Positions 11,031 through 23,940 of a stretch of 64,000 nucleotides of DNA are shown here, in pieces (position 1 is the stretch's first letter; every line of letters starts with the position of its first letter). Below the pieces are notes generated by a model, which was given only the letters and a program-made list of their open reading frames with translations, was not told where the DNA came from and made no database searches. A program made the position numbers and the translations under genes. Source of the DNA: Callorhinchus milii (lineage: Eukaryota); contig NW_024704742.1 in the NCBI RefSeq assembly GCF_018977255.1, positions 128,342,001 to 128,406,000 of the forward strand, written 5' to 3'.

Positions 11031-13674
11031 TGAGGTTTTCTCTGTTTTTTGCCTCCCCACTGACTAGGCTGTACCAGGTGAGATGTGTAAGTGTATATCA
11101 TGATGAAGGAAGAGTGAGTGGATTTTTTGATGAACAAACTTGGTGGACGATTTGTCCTTTTTTTTTTGCTCTTTCCCATCTACATATCTATAGGATCTTT
11201 GCAATCCTCCCGGTAAAGTAGCCATTCACCTCCTGGCATTTTTGAGTTTAATTACAATATACAGAGATACTAGACTCGACAGCAAATCCTGCGAAACTCT
11301 TTGAGGTGTTTTGGGGACCTGATAAAGCGCCACATCAAATTCAAAGATTATTATTATAAAATGCCCGCACATTGTCATTACGCTTGACAGTAAGTACTAG
11401 GAGATGTTTCAACATAAGGCGCCAGGAAATAGCCTAGTTCTTTCTTTGAAAGTTAGGCACGTCAACTCATTCCTCATGTAGTTACAAAGTGTTCCCTAGA
11501 CAGCATTCACTGAAGTAGTCTAAAAGAGGAGTTCAAAGGGCTTTCACACATAACAGAGCAGTATGCAAGTCTTGGATAGATTTGGGCTTTTTAAAGGGTT
11601 TAGCATTTAACATAAAAGAGGAAGCTGAGCTTCTTTTGTGAATAGTAACCGCACTCTGACAAAGACCAGCAGTGTTCTTCTCATTACACTACGGTATATT
11701 TTACCAGTGTTACTAAATCTATGCAGATTTTTGCATTGGATGCCCTATATGTGTTCAAATACAGACGGGGGAACAGCATTACCTGCTAATATAAGGGATT
11801 TTGCAGTGCAATTTGTTCTGCCTATGTTTCAAAACAGTCATTGAAATTTGCTGAAAGAATTGCTTCATGGTTCCAGTGCGATTATTAGAATTAAAATGGT
11901 GAGAATCTTCTGAATAGCACTAATCCCCTATGATGGGAATTGTAATTGCTGAGACACTGGACTCACTCATCCTTGCTCAATCATTTTGCCCTCATTTGAA
12001 ATGATGTGAAATTCCTACAGAAATCCAACAACACTTCCCTGGTGATTTAAATGTTACTGTATTTTTGCTTGCATGATTGACCTATTAATCCATTTAACAT
12101 TCCCCCACATATCTTGGCATCAAATCTGTGTTACTCAATGCCATGTATTTAAATGCACCAACAGTGTGCTTTCACAATTAGGCTGATTGTTCGAGAAATG
12201 TTACTTTATTCCTCTATTGGGAATAGATTTACTCAATTCAGCATTTCAGAGTATCTAGAAATTTGCAAATTCTTAAATGCAACTTTAATTTTGAAGCAGG
12301 TTTTCTGCACTATTTTTAAGAACAGAAAATAATTTTCTGAGTTAAGACTGAATCTAACAATTTACCAAACTCCAGATGCTCTATAAAGAACATAAACAGA
12401 GTAAATCTAGACTCAGGTGATTTTATTTCCTATATATGTTTGCATCTTTCATGGGAACATTAATGTATTCCCCTTTTAATTAAGAAGAATGATAATAGTA
12501 ATGAAAACTTGCATTTGATAAAGTGCATATCACATCAAAACTTCTCAACAATAAGTTATTTTGAAGTGTAGAAGTGTAGTAACTGTTATTATGAAGGCAA
12601 AGGTAGCAGAAATGTCTCACAAACAGTAAGGAGATGAATAAACAACTTTAATTTAACCTGTTTTTGAATCAGGGAGAAATGTTAATCACAACATCATAAA
12701 TGCTCTCTTCTCTTCTTGAAAATAATCCCATTGGATATTTATCAGCCACTTAATCCAGACATGACATCTATTCCAAATTGTAGACTCAAGATGAGAAATG
12801 GACAAATGGCTTTTTCCTATTAAAGTACTTTTGAGACTGGTGAATATATGAAACAGATTACTGAGAAATCAGTTGAGGAGAGTGAGAAAGAATATTGTAG
12901 GATTATTAATTTACTTGTTTACTTAGTCTCCAGAGGTCTTTTCTATTCATGGACGATCCAAAGATTGTTCCTTGAGGGTCAGCACCCCTGGCAAATCAGC
13001 ACAATGTTGTACATTGTATGTGTTGTACGTACATTGCATAGTGTCATAAAATCAGGTTTAGGTTTGTGATTATAAGGAATTAGCTGTACCCATTGCAGCT
13101 ACGCTTGCAACCAAAGGATCCAATATGGAATGTAGATTGACACACAGCCACACACACAGTCAGACATGTCATCTTTATCTATACTCATCTGGGAGGACTC
13201 CTGTGGGAGGACTTCTTTTGGGAGGACTCAGTGGGAGGACTCGGTACTTTAAAAATGCAATTTTGTTGTTGTTACCGCTACTTAGCTTCATCTGTGCTCT
13301 TTATTTTGTACCCGCCACTTGGCTAGGAGCGTTCTCTGTGACGCAGGATGCCACAGCCCCATGGTCAGCTGGCGAGACCACCAGGTATAACTGCAGAACA
13401 TGCATACATATGTACGTGCTCTGTGACGCACGATGCAACAGTGCCACTTTGACTCAGCGGTCACCAGGTGTAACTGCAGTGAAAAATGCAAAACTGAAAA
13501 TAACTCATGAACGATAGGAGATAACCAAAAACAAACATGCCCATGTCACTCCCAGTTGCAAGACCTTTCCGATGAGGTATAAATCATGTCTCTAAATCAA
13601 TCGGTTATTGAGATCCTTCTTGAAGTGCAGACAGACATTGCTGTTATTAGCATAGAAGATAGATAAAGCTTCAA

Positions 13675-14075
13675 ACTGGTTCGACTTCAAGATCCTCACC
13701 CTCGTATTCAAGTCCCTGCACTCCTCTGCACCCCCTATCTCTCTGACTTCCTCTCTCTTCAAAATAGCACCCGTTGTCTTCGTTCCTCCAGGTCTGGCCT
13801 CCTCCTTGTCCCCCGAGTCCTCCGCTCCACCCTCAGCGGCCGTGCCTTCAGCCATTATGCCCCGAGGCTCTGGAACTGCCTTGCTCACTCGCTTCATCTC
13901 GCTCCCTCCCTTCCCATTTTCAGGTCTCTGCTGAAGACCTTTCTTTTCGACCGTGCCTTTGGTCACCTTCCCTCCCCTCCTCCTGGCTGGGTCCCGGGAT
14001 CTGAAACTGTAAAGCGTTCTGAGATGCCATCCAACGTGAAGGGTGCTATATAAATCCAAGTTGTTGTTGTTGTTG
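13675..14075 (+). mobile_element. L2 LINE family B, 3' fragment
   Basis: TTCAAGATCCTCACCCTCGTATTCAAG (FKILTLVFK), the same 3' end as 655-890, and (TTG)n. Confidence 0.88.
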
Positions 14076-15200
14076 CGGTTTGTTGTTCACTTTCCTGACT
14101 TCCATCCTATTATCTCTGCAAGTTTTGTTAAGCATCCTCTGCTGTCTGCACCTGGGGCTCAAGCTACATCTTGGTTGCTGCAGTGGGGTCATTTGAATAA
14201 TATGTTCAATGTCTTGAATCTTTCACATTAAAGTTAGCGAGATTTTGCCTGAAAATTCACAATTACAGAACATACAGTTATAATTTAATTTTGATTAGTA
14301 TAATATTTGAAATTAAGGATCAAGTTTTCTGCATCTGTTGACGTTTGTTTCAAATTAAGTATATTTCACACAATTTCCTTGTGCAGTGGGTATGAATGCA
14401 ATGATTTTTAATGCTTGAGAATAGACCATTGTCTCAGCGAGTAATGTTCAAGATGATGTAACAAGAAAGAAACAATCAGCTTTATTCAGCTATTGAGTAA
14501 ATTTCTCCTAAAATATTCAGTGACTTTCATTATTTATCACTTTTAATGGTTTATGATGATTACATAGCAGCTACCATATTATATGACAAGAATTCTGTTC
14601 AGTGAAATAATAAATTAAACACAAGTTTCAACAAAATGTTCTTCCGGTTAAAGAAATAGGGTCATGTATTAATTATTATTCTCAATAAGATAATCAAGAC
14701 AACTGATGGATTCTGCAAATTCGCTCCTTGAATTACCAATTAGTTTCCACCTAACAAAAGAGCAGAGGGTGATGAGAACATATTGCTGGAAGCTGAGCAA
14801 ATAACATCAATAAAATTAAAAGAAATATATAATACATATACAAGGGAGAAGAGAATAGGAAGGTATAGATGAGCAGAATAGGAGGGGTGGGGTCTTGTGT
14901 GAAGTATAAACACTGTCACGGAATAGTTGAGCTAAATGGCCTGTTTCAATGCCAAATTATTAACACAAAGCAACTTACAACCTTTTAACATACCATAGCA
15001 ATGGCAATTATCTAATATAGAGCTACTTTACGTCTAATAATGTATAATAGTATTGTACTAATACTTTAGGTCTAAATGGTCCATCCATTTGTTGATTTGT
15101 TTTGACTAGTACATCTGCTCCAGGGAGATGAGCAAACAGTGATAACAAAATCTAAACCATAAGAAACATAAAATGTGCTCTTATTTGCCATTGTTTGGCA

Positions 15201-15920
15201 TGGAGTCCTGTAGCTCAGTGGTTGGAGCACTCTCTCGCGAGAGATCTAGGTTCGATTCCCGGTAGGGCGAAACATTGGGAAAGTTTCCTTACTCCACACA
15301 CTTTTGTTTTCCTAGCAGTAAGTAGGAACCTGGTTGTTGGTCGATTGATGGATCGCTTTTCCGCGAGTAATAATTCCTTCAAAACATCAATAAATAATTT
15401 GGGCACTCAACCCATGAAAGTTTGTGGGACACTGTTTTGCGCAATTGGCTGCCGTGTTTCGCCCACAAAATATACAGTCAAATCACTTTACAATATATTT
15501 TGTGAAGCGATTTGAGACATCTCAGTGACATGATAATAATAATAATAATAATAATAATGATGATAATGATGATAATAATCCTTGCATTTGATATAGCACT
15601 TTTCACGTCGGGAGGACATCCCAAAGCACTTCACAGAACACACTGTAAAGTGAATTGACTGTATATTTGTGGGCGAACGCGGCTGCCAATTGCGGACAGC
15701 AATGTCCCACAAACAGTCGTAGATTGAAAATGACCAATTTTATTATTGTTTTTGGTTTTGGAGGGATTATTATTAGGCGTGTGGAATAAGGAAACTTGCC
15801 CAAGGTTTTGCCCTGCCTGGAATTGAACTCAGGTCTCTCACTTGCAAAGCGAGTGCTCTAACCACTGAGCTACAGGACTCCATGATAAGACATTATATTA
15901 AATGCAAGGATTATTATTAT
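15201..15920 (+). mobile_element. Long-subfamily SINE interrupted near its tail by an antisense SINE
   Basis: Head at 15201, body to 15530, tail resumes at 15883-15920. Confidence 0.88.
15533..15882 (-). mobile_element. Short-subfamily SINE, full length, nested
   Basis: Complete head-to-tail copy flanked by repeated CATGATAA. Confidence 0.92.
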
Positions 15921-15982
15921 ACGTAAGTAAGTTCATAAGTCTTTTTCGACAGGCCAGTAAAACTGCTGTTGTGGATGTCACA

Positions 15983-17210
15983 AGATGACAAAATTGGTTG
16001 GACGAAGAAGCCCCTTTGACCCATCTGAGCTCATCCCTCCAGAATACCCACCCTCCCATCCTCCCATCACAGCATCAAGTTACTTTTTTTAATTAGTCTA
16101 GTGTCCTGGCCTCAACCACCCTTTCTTTAACCTCTGTGTAAAGAAAGAAACCTATCCTGAAATTACCCTTTACAATTCTAAACCTATATCCTCTTGTTGT
16201 ACTATCCTGGTGGATCCTAAAGTATTGTTCTGGGTTTTTTGATATTTCATCTCATTTAAAATGTTACACCTCTATGAGGTATTCTCTGAATTGTCTGAAG
16301 CCTGAAGAGCCCTAGCTTGTCGCAACTCATTCCTCAACACTGGGGATTGTGGAGTACTGTAGCTCAGTGGCTAGAGCGCTCACCTCGCAAGTTAGAGACT
16401 TGGGTTCAATTGCCGGCAGGGTGAAATGTTGGGCAAATTTCCTTACTCCATATGCCCCTGTTTACTTAGCAGCAAGCCAGTTGTTAGTCGATTGGCGGAT
16501 CGCTTTTCTGGGGGTAATAATTCCTTCAAAAAAAATAATAAATTGGTCAGTTCAATCTACAACTGTTTATGGGACACTGCTGTGAGCAATTGACAGTAAA
16601 TTCACTTTACAGTATATTCTGTGAAGCGCTTTGTGACATATCAAAGACATAAAAAGGCGCTATGCCAAATGTAAGGATTATTATTATCATCATCCTCGTT
16701 GTCATCTTCTGCATAGCCTTTAGGTCCTGGGCAGTCACCTATGTTGTGATGACCAGAACTGCATGCAGTACTCTCTGGGTGCATTCTGACTAGAGCAATC
16801 TGCAGCAATGAATGACATCTGAGATCTGAACTCAACTGATCAAGCAATAAAGCTCAGCATTCCGCTTGCCTTGTTTATTGCTGCCTCACATTGTTTTGAC
16901 AAAGTGAGGGATGAGTTTACCAACACCCCTGGATCTCTTTCAGCTATTTGTCTTATTTGATGTTAAATACCTAACCTACTGTCTTCCTATCATAGTATCA
17001 AGCTGTTTTTTAAAATTAGTCCAGGGTCCTGGACTAAACCACTCTTCCTAGCAATCTGTTCCAGTTGTTAATTACCCTCTGGGTAAAAAACTACCTGGTA
17101 TCAATCCTGAAATTTTTGCAACTCTAAACTTAAATCTTCTTATTCTATGTCTTGACACATTCTGTTCTCGGTTTACTTTTTCAATTCCATTTAAATTGTT
17201 GTATAGCCGG
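15983..17210 (-). mobile_element. Old CR1 LINE 3' fragments
   Basis: CR1-type antisense motifs (GACCAGAACTGCATGCAGTACTC); homologous to 40881-42140. Confidence 0.65.
16349..16700 (+). mobile_element. Long-subfamily SINE inserted in an old CR1
   Basis: GTGGAGTACTGTAGCTCAGTGG head through to the (TTA/TCA)n tail. Confidence 0.88.
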
Positions 17211-20200
17211 CTTGTTTATCCAGCCTCATTATCTTCTTTCAGAAAGTTCTGGATTGAACTGCTTGATTGCTAAAAGTAATCAAACAAAATCCCTTGAATA
17301 TTCATCCAATCCCACATTTTGATTCCCTCCCTCCACTATGCTTCTGCCTTGCCCCTCTATCTGTACATCAATCCCACCTTAAAACCTACATCTTCGACCA
17401 CACCTGTGGTGACCTACCAATTTCTTCTTGCACAGTGTCCTACCCCACCACCGTATAGTGTTCTTAGAAGTGATCCCACCCAAAGGATGCTATATAAATG
17501 TTGTTGTTGCACCAAACCTTCACTTTCACTTGTTTCCTTCAATAAGAAACATCTAACTCCCCCTTAACCCCACCCTCTAACTAGCAGAACAGAAATCAGC
17601 CTTTCCATCACCGCATTAAACAAAAATCACATGTGGAAGATAACCATGAGATATAAATAATCTTTTTGTTGGTAATACTCTCCTGTATCAAATAATAGGA
17701 CCACACATTATTATCCAGTGAATTCTTTAAGTACATTTGTCATCATGATGAGTCACAGAGCTAAAGCCTAATCCTGGCACAATGAGTTTGTTGTTCCATT
17801 CATTCTATTTTACAGCCAAGATTGCCTTGTGAATTTCACTCTTCATGCCCATAACAGGAATTTCATTTACAAAGTAAAGTTTGTGACTTCTAGACTAGAG
17901 AAAGATGAGAAACAATGTGAACAAACCCCCATTGAGGAGCAAAGTAAATCTTCACGACAGTCGTCATTATATTGGGTAAAACACAAGGATGAATATTATG
18001 ACACATGATGGGACAACTATCACCAATGATAATTAGCATGTCACACTTTTTGTGCCCAAGACAGTGATGTGCTGTAATTATCTCAAATAATTATATTAAA
18101 AATGTACGGGCAGAAAACTATGGAAAACAGAACATATTCTTTGTATAAAAAATTATAACTCACTTATAACTTAGAAGTTTCATTCAAGCCATTCAATGTT
18201 ATCAGTATTCCCATTGTGTATCCTTCACAGCTCCTTAATGTCGGAGTGTCATAATGTTGGGGGTGAAAATTATGACTTGTGATGTGATAATTGACATACC
18301 ATTTAATATTCCACCCCATCAACTAACTTGAGGGTCTGACCTTTCCCCCCCTCCCCCTCCTCATCTCCATCACAATGGGTGGGCCTTGAAGCTGGTCCAT
18401 ACATTGCCCCCTGGCCCCTGGCTTTCTTTTGATTATTTTACTGTGTTAAGATGGGATCCACACTAACCAGCTCTCCAATCTTGGGCTAGCCACTTTCAGC
18501 CCAAGCCCGATTCGAAGTAGGTGTTGAAGAGTGTGTTTGTGTGGAAGGCGTGAATGTCATGTCATGGACCACTTGATGTCTAATTATTGGAAAGCCGTAA
18601 TTTTCAACAACACATTAACACATTGCAGATTGCAATTTTCTTCCTGTAAATTTCAGTTCAGCTAATCCAAGGGCCAAATAGACTTTCTGATTATTTCTCT
18701 ATAATGTTATTCTCCATGAACTAAATCCAGATCGCTCACAAAATATACAGTCAATTTACTTTTCAGTATCTTCTGTGAAGCGCTTTGAGGCGCCTCAAAG
18801 ACGTAATAAGGCGCTATTAGAAGTAGTGCCACTGGCTTTATGACAATATTCTTACTTTGAATACTTTAAATCAAATGCAAGAATTATTATTATATTCTGA
18901 GCTAAGCATTTTTATGGACAAGCAGGAACCAGATTACAGTTCTATGTTATGAAACTCCGCTAATAAACAAAAATAGATGTTAAACTGAAAAAGGTAGGCA
19001 AATGTTATAATTTCTACATTGTAAATGGTAACATACTCACAAATCCTCCCCCCAAAAAATGGCTACTTAAATATTTGTTCTTTGGGGGCTTCTGCTGTGC
19101 AGATTGACTGCCATATTTGCCTTCATTACATTCACTATATTATAAGTAACTCTTTTAATAAGCACTCAGAGACATTTTGACATGAGGAGGAGCAATAAGA
19201 TGTTGCATTTAATTAAGTTATTTCATTTATTATAATATTGTTCCATTATCCGTTTATCTACTGAATCACTAAATTAGGCCCCACCTGCCTTGTAATTTAG
19301 ACAGATGTTAAAGAATCTCCTGTGCTTCCATTTCCTGGCATTATATCAAAAGTGGGGGAATTCTCTGTTATCCTGGCTAACACATCTCCCTACACACATT
19401 TACCTGTATTCAAAGTAAGAATATTGTCATAAAACCAGTGGCACTACTTCTAATAAATACTAATAATCCTTATATTCACTAGAAAGCCTTTCATTTCATT
19501 GGGAGGACATCCCAAAGTGCTTCACAGGATATACTGAAATTGGCAAATATATGGTTGAGGAAGATGTACTGGCACAATAACTTGCGTTTTCATAGAACAG
19601 AACAAAAGTGGGACTGTCGGATTGCCATGAGAGGATATACAGGAAGCACTGGGGATAATTGTTAAAAGGGAAATGGTATTGAACAGTTAATGGAACACTA
19701 AGTTCATGGCTGCGTTTCGCCCACAATATATACAGTCAATTCACTTTACGGTATATTCTGTGACGCGCTTTGAGACCTCTGGAAGACATGATAAGGCGCT
19801 ATATCAAATGCAAGGATTATTATTATAAGTGGAAAAGTCACAGGCCAGTATTCCGTAATATAGAATAGATAGAAGTCATGGAAGAACCAGTAGATGTTCG
19901 GACCATAATATTCCAAACACCTTTGGAATAAATATTGTGCCAGAGATTGGTGTTTATTTAATACCCCAGTTAAGAATCTGGAGTGAAAACTGGAAGAGAT
20001 TATTTGAGAATCCCTCCTCAAGACACCCTCTGCATTATAGAAGTGCGAGACCTTCACACGTAGAGGCAAGTGCCTCCAAAAATGCCATTATAACACTTTC
20101 AGAAATCATCTCACATCATTTATTTAAATTGTTACATTATTGATAATCAAGGGCGCATTTCTGTGGCTTCTTTTATTAAACATTTTTTTTATGGAACTAA

Positions 20201-20654
20201 AATTGACAGAACATCGACACGGTAATAGAGTGCAGAGCTAATCTTTGGAGCAGCATTGAGTTTGGGTAATTGCACATCAAGATCACATCAATAATATACT
20301 TGGTGCATGGAATGTTGCAACAGTTTGTACGATTTAGAGAAACTGGATTCTGTGCTGATATTTGTTTGTATAAATATCAAAAAAAATTGGGACATTGGGA
20401 CAGTCTGTGCACAATTGGCTGCTGCGTTTTGCCCACAAAATATGTAATCAATTCACTTTACAGTATATTCTGTGAAGCTCTTTTAGCCATCTCAACGACG
20501 TAATAAGCCTCTATGTCAAATGCAAGGATTATTATTATAAAACATTGCTGGAGCAGATTAGTTGTTGAGATTTGTCTACATAACAACATTCATTTAATTT
20601 TTATTCATTTTGTTAAGCAAAGTGCCCCAGGAAATTTTATTTGTAACATGCTCA

Positions 20655-20935
20655 CCTTCAGATGACTCATTTAACTGAGGTCCCATCTGCCTGTTCAGCT
20701 GGACATTAAAGATCCCATGGCACTATTTCAAAAGAGATGGGAGTGTCTCCCGGTTTCCTGGCCAACAAGCCCCTAGAAAAAATTAGCCATTTGTCATGGC
20801 TGTTTATGGAGCATTACTGTTCTTAAATTGGCTGCCACATTCACCGACAAATGTACAGTTACTACACTGTACAGTAAATTCTGTGTAATGTCTTAATGCC
20901 ATGATAATTTGCTGCATCAAAATTAACTATTATTA
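20655..20935 (+). mobile_element. Older Deu-domain SINE
   Basis: GAGGTCCCATCTGCCTGTTCAG.TGGACATTAAAGATCCCATGGCACTATT matches the recalled Deu domain. Confidence 0.75.
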
Positions 20936-22213
20936 TGAAGCGAAGAATGTTAGAGAAACGCAAGTTGTTGATATTTGAGGGTTTGATGTAATTGATAATG
21001 TTTCACAACAGGATCTTCTGACCTTTAACTCTTTGGTGATGTCACCACCTCCAGGTTATCAGGAAGTGAAGTGAAATCAACCCTTGGGGAAAAAAGAATA
21101 AAGCAATTACTGGATTGGGGATTAATTCAGAAAGCCATTCAGAAAGCAAGGACTTAAATGCAAGTCTAACCTCCCTTTCCGCCCAGTTTCAATTCAATTC
21201 AAACAACATTAAAATTGATTTTAGCATCATAATATATAACCAAAAAAATGGAACAACTGGAAACATGTGGCTGCATTTGCTATGATCTTTCCACACAAAA
21301 AATGCTCACTGAAGGCCTTGGGAACGATGAAAGGGAAGCATAGCATACTGCAGAGGTGAAGTTTAAGGTGGATAATAACAACAATAATAATCCTTGCATT
21401 CAATATAGTGCCTTATCACGTCTTCGAGACATCTCAGAGCACTTCAGAGAATATACTGTAGAGCGAATTGACTGTATATTTTGTGGATGAAAGATGTCTA
21501 GGATTGTCTGAGCCTGGAGCAAATGAAACATGGAACAGTGTGAGAAAACATCTGACTCACTGCGTGTCTCCGCTTCCTTTGCCAGCAGATGGTGTGGTCT
21601 GCCTTCTGCGCAGCCAAGTATCAATAATTAATCCCCATTTCCATCATCACTGATCGATTCCAAACACGTCATATCATTACTTACTGCAAAATTAGTATAC
21701 AAAATGCCTTTGTGGCTCTTTCTTGGAATCGTTAGTCCAATAATGCTATCATATATATATATATAGGCATAATCCCTTTCATGATGTTCATTTGCCCCCC
21801 AAACTTTACCAGTAGCTAAAATAAATCAGTGGCTGTGTATTTTGGGTGCAATTATGTCATTTGTGCAACCACTTTGAACAGGGTGAGTGAGACAGAAAGA
21901 AAGAACGAGGGAGAGGGAGAGAGCTCCAGTAATGTCAGTATGTGTTAACCAGAAACCATCTGCCTACGTTCCTGGTAATTTAATGCACAAAGTACAGCGT
22001 CAAATATATTTATATATTTATATACTTTGTCTTAAAAAAAATGTGAGTGAGCCAACCCTCTTGCCAGTCAGTGAGGTCATGTTATGCAGTGCCTCTATCT
22101 CTCTCTGGATGGGAACTGAAGCAATTTAAAGAACAGCAAACATTCCTCCCTCTATTACTGTCCTCTGAGCTGACAGTGTTCATATTTCCCGTTTAACGTA
22201 ACTGATGGTCGGG

Positions 22214-22300
22214 ATTTAAATACCTTGGGGAGGGAGGGAAAGAGGGCGATTTTCTGAGACAGGGTTAGTCAGTAAAGACGTCATCCTGAGAGCTACGTCT
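22214..22300 (+). promoter_or_regulatory. Candidate SYT4 promoter elements (AT-rich TTTAAATA, CRE-like AGACGTCA)
   Basis: AGACGTCA at 22276-22283 (7/8 CRE match) and a second ACGTC near 22295, in unique sequence immediately upstream of the minisatellite. Confidence 0.35.
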
Positions 22301-22349
22301 CACAGTTGTTTGCTAGTCTGCTCCAGAGCACACACACATACACTCACAT

Positions 22350-23280
22350 AGCATCCAGCCCTAGCCTGGGAACACACTCACACACAGCATCCCAGCCTGG
22401 GAACACACTCACACACAGCATCCCAGCCTGGGAACACACTCACACACAGCATCCCAGCCTGGGAACACACTCACACACAGCATCCCAGCCTGGGAACACA
22501 CTCACACACAGCATCCCAGCCTGGGAACACACTCACACACAGCATCCCAGCCTGGGAACACACTCACACACAGCATCCCAGCCTGGGAACACACTCACAC
22601 ACAGCATCCCAGCCTGGGAACACACTCACACACAGCATCCCAGCCTGGGAACACACTCACACACAGCATCCCAGCCTGGGAACACACTCACACACAGCAT
22701 CCCAGCCTGGGAACACACTCACACACAGCATCCCAGCCTGGGAACACACTCACACACAGCATCCCAGCCTGGGAACACACTCACACACAGCATCCCAGCC
22801 TGGGAACACACTCACACACAGCATCCCAGCCTGGGAACACACTCACACACAGCATCCCAGCCTGGGAACACACTCACACACAGCATCCCAGCCTGGGAAC
22901 ACACTCACACACAGCATCCCAGCCTGGGAACACACTCACACACAGCATCCCAGCCTGGGAACACACTCACACACAGCATCCCAGCCTGGGAACACACTCA
23001 CACACAGCATCCCAGCCTGGGAACACACTCACACACAGCATCCCAGCCTGGGAACACACTCACACACAGCATCCCAGCCTGGGAACACACTCACACACAG
23101 CATCCCAGCCTGGGAACACACACACTCACACACAGCATCCCAGCCTGGGAACACACTCACACACAGCATCCCAGCCTGGGAACACACTCACACACAGCAT
23201 CCCAGCCTGGGAACACACTCACACACAGCATCCCAGCCTGGGAACACACTCACACACACACAGCATCCCAGCCTAGGAAC
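22350..23280. repeat. Minisatellite, 31-bp unit AACACACTCACACACAGCATCCCAGCCTGGG, about 29 near-identical copies
   Basis: Visible directly. It explains the 31-aa-periodic ORF 22306-23289. Confidence 0.98.
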
Positions 23281-23289
23281 AGAGGATAA

Positions 23290-23650
23290 GCACACAGTCA
23301 CACAGCATCCCAGCCCCAGCCTGGGCACAAACACACACACACTCACTCACACACCAGACCAGTCTCAGCACACAACACACACACACACACTCACACACAG
23401 CCCCAGCACACAGCACACACACACACTCTCACACACAGCCCCAGCACACAGCACACACACACTCTCACACACAGCCCCAGCCTGGGCACACAGCACACAC
23501 ACACACACTCTCACACACAGCCCCAGCACACAGCACACACACACACTCTCACACACAGCCCCAGCACACAGCACACACACACTCTCACACACAGCCCCAG
23601 CACACAGCACACACACACACACACTCTCACACACAGCCCCAGTCTGGGCA
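23290..23650. repeat. Diverged CA-rich tandem repeat (CACACAGCCCCAGCACACAGCACACACACACTCT-type units)
   Basis: About 7-8 units with variable (CA)n length, related to the upstream minisatellite (CCCAGCCTGGG appears in some units). Confidence 0.9.
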
Positions 23651-23719
23651 CTGGGGACCCTCAGCACCGCAGGAGAAGCATTCTGATGGTCTGTCTGCTC
23701 CCTGGATAAGGAGAGGAGT

Positions 23720-23781
23720 GGAGAGAGAGAGAGAGAGAGAGTGAGAGTGAGAGGGGAGGGGAGAGGAGAGGAAGGAGAGAG
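23720..23781. repeat. (GA)n polypurine tract
   Basis: Direct observation. Confidence 0.9.
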
Positions 23782-23876
23782 CTACGTTGGAAGTGATTCA
23801 GCAAAGCCATCCCCCTGTGTGGCTGAGAGAGGAAAGTGAGGCGCTGCGGTTTACAGTCAGTGCTGCGTTGGTGCCT

Positions 23877-23897
23877 TTCAGGACCGTGGACAGAGCG
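23877..23897 (+). promoter_or_regulatory. RE1/NRSE (REST-binding)-like element in the SYT4 5' leader
   Basis: TTCAGGACCGTGGACAGAGCG versus consensus TTCAGCACCACGGACAGCGCC: 16/21 matches, with 3 mismatches at variable positions. Ends 9 nt before the ATG of a neuronal gene. Confidence 0.7.
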
Positions 23898-23906
23898 CAG
23901 AGCAAC

Positions 23907-23940
23907 ATGGCCCCAGTGGTGGTTGGAGGATCCACCTTCG
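23907..23940 (+). CDS. SYT4: Synaptotagmin-4, coding exon 1 (MAPVVVGGSTF+G, phase 1)
   Basis: Good Kozak context (gcaacATGG), 34 nt, then a GTAAGC donor. Joins exon 2 in frame (G+AT=Asp), giving MAP...FDEMP, like vertebrate SYT4 MAP...FDEIP. Confidence 0.88.

Noticed and set aside
18815..19455. 641-bp MITE with 50-bp terminal inverted repeats
   Set aside because: The SINE flanking the left arm continues inside the supposed element, so the arm is an insertion and not a terminus.
22350..23280. CRISPR-like array (31-bp period, palindromic core)
   Set aside because: Units are contiguous and identical with no unique spacers, there are no cas genes, and the context is vertebrate; it is a minisatellite.
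22306..23289. 327-aa ORF with a 31-aa repeat
   Set aside because: By-product of a stop-free 31-bp repeat read through three frames; starts at TTG and has no domain.
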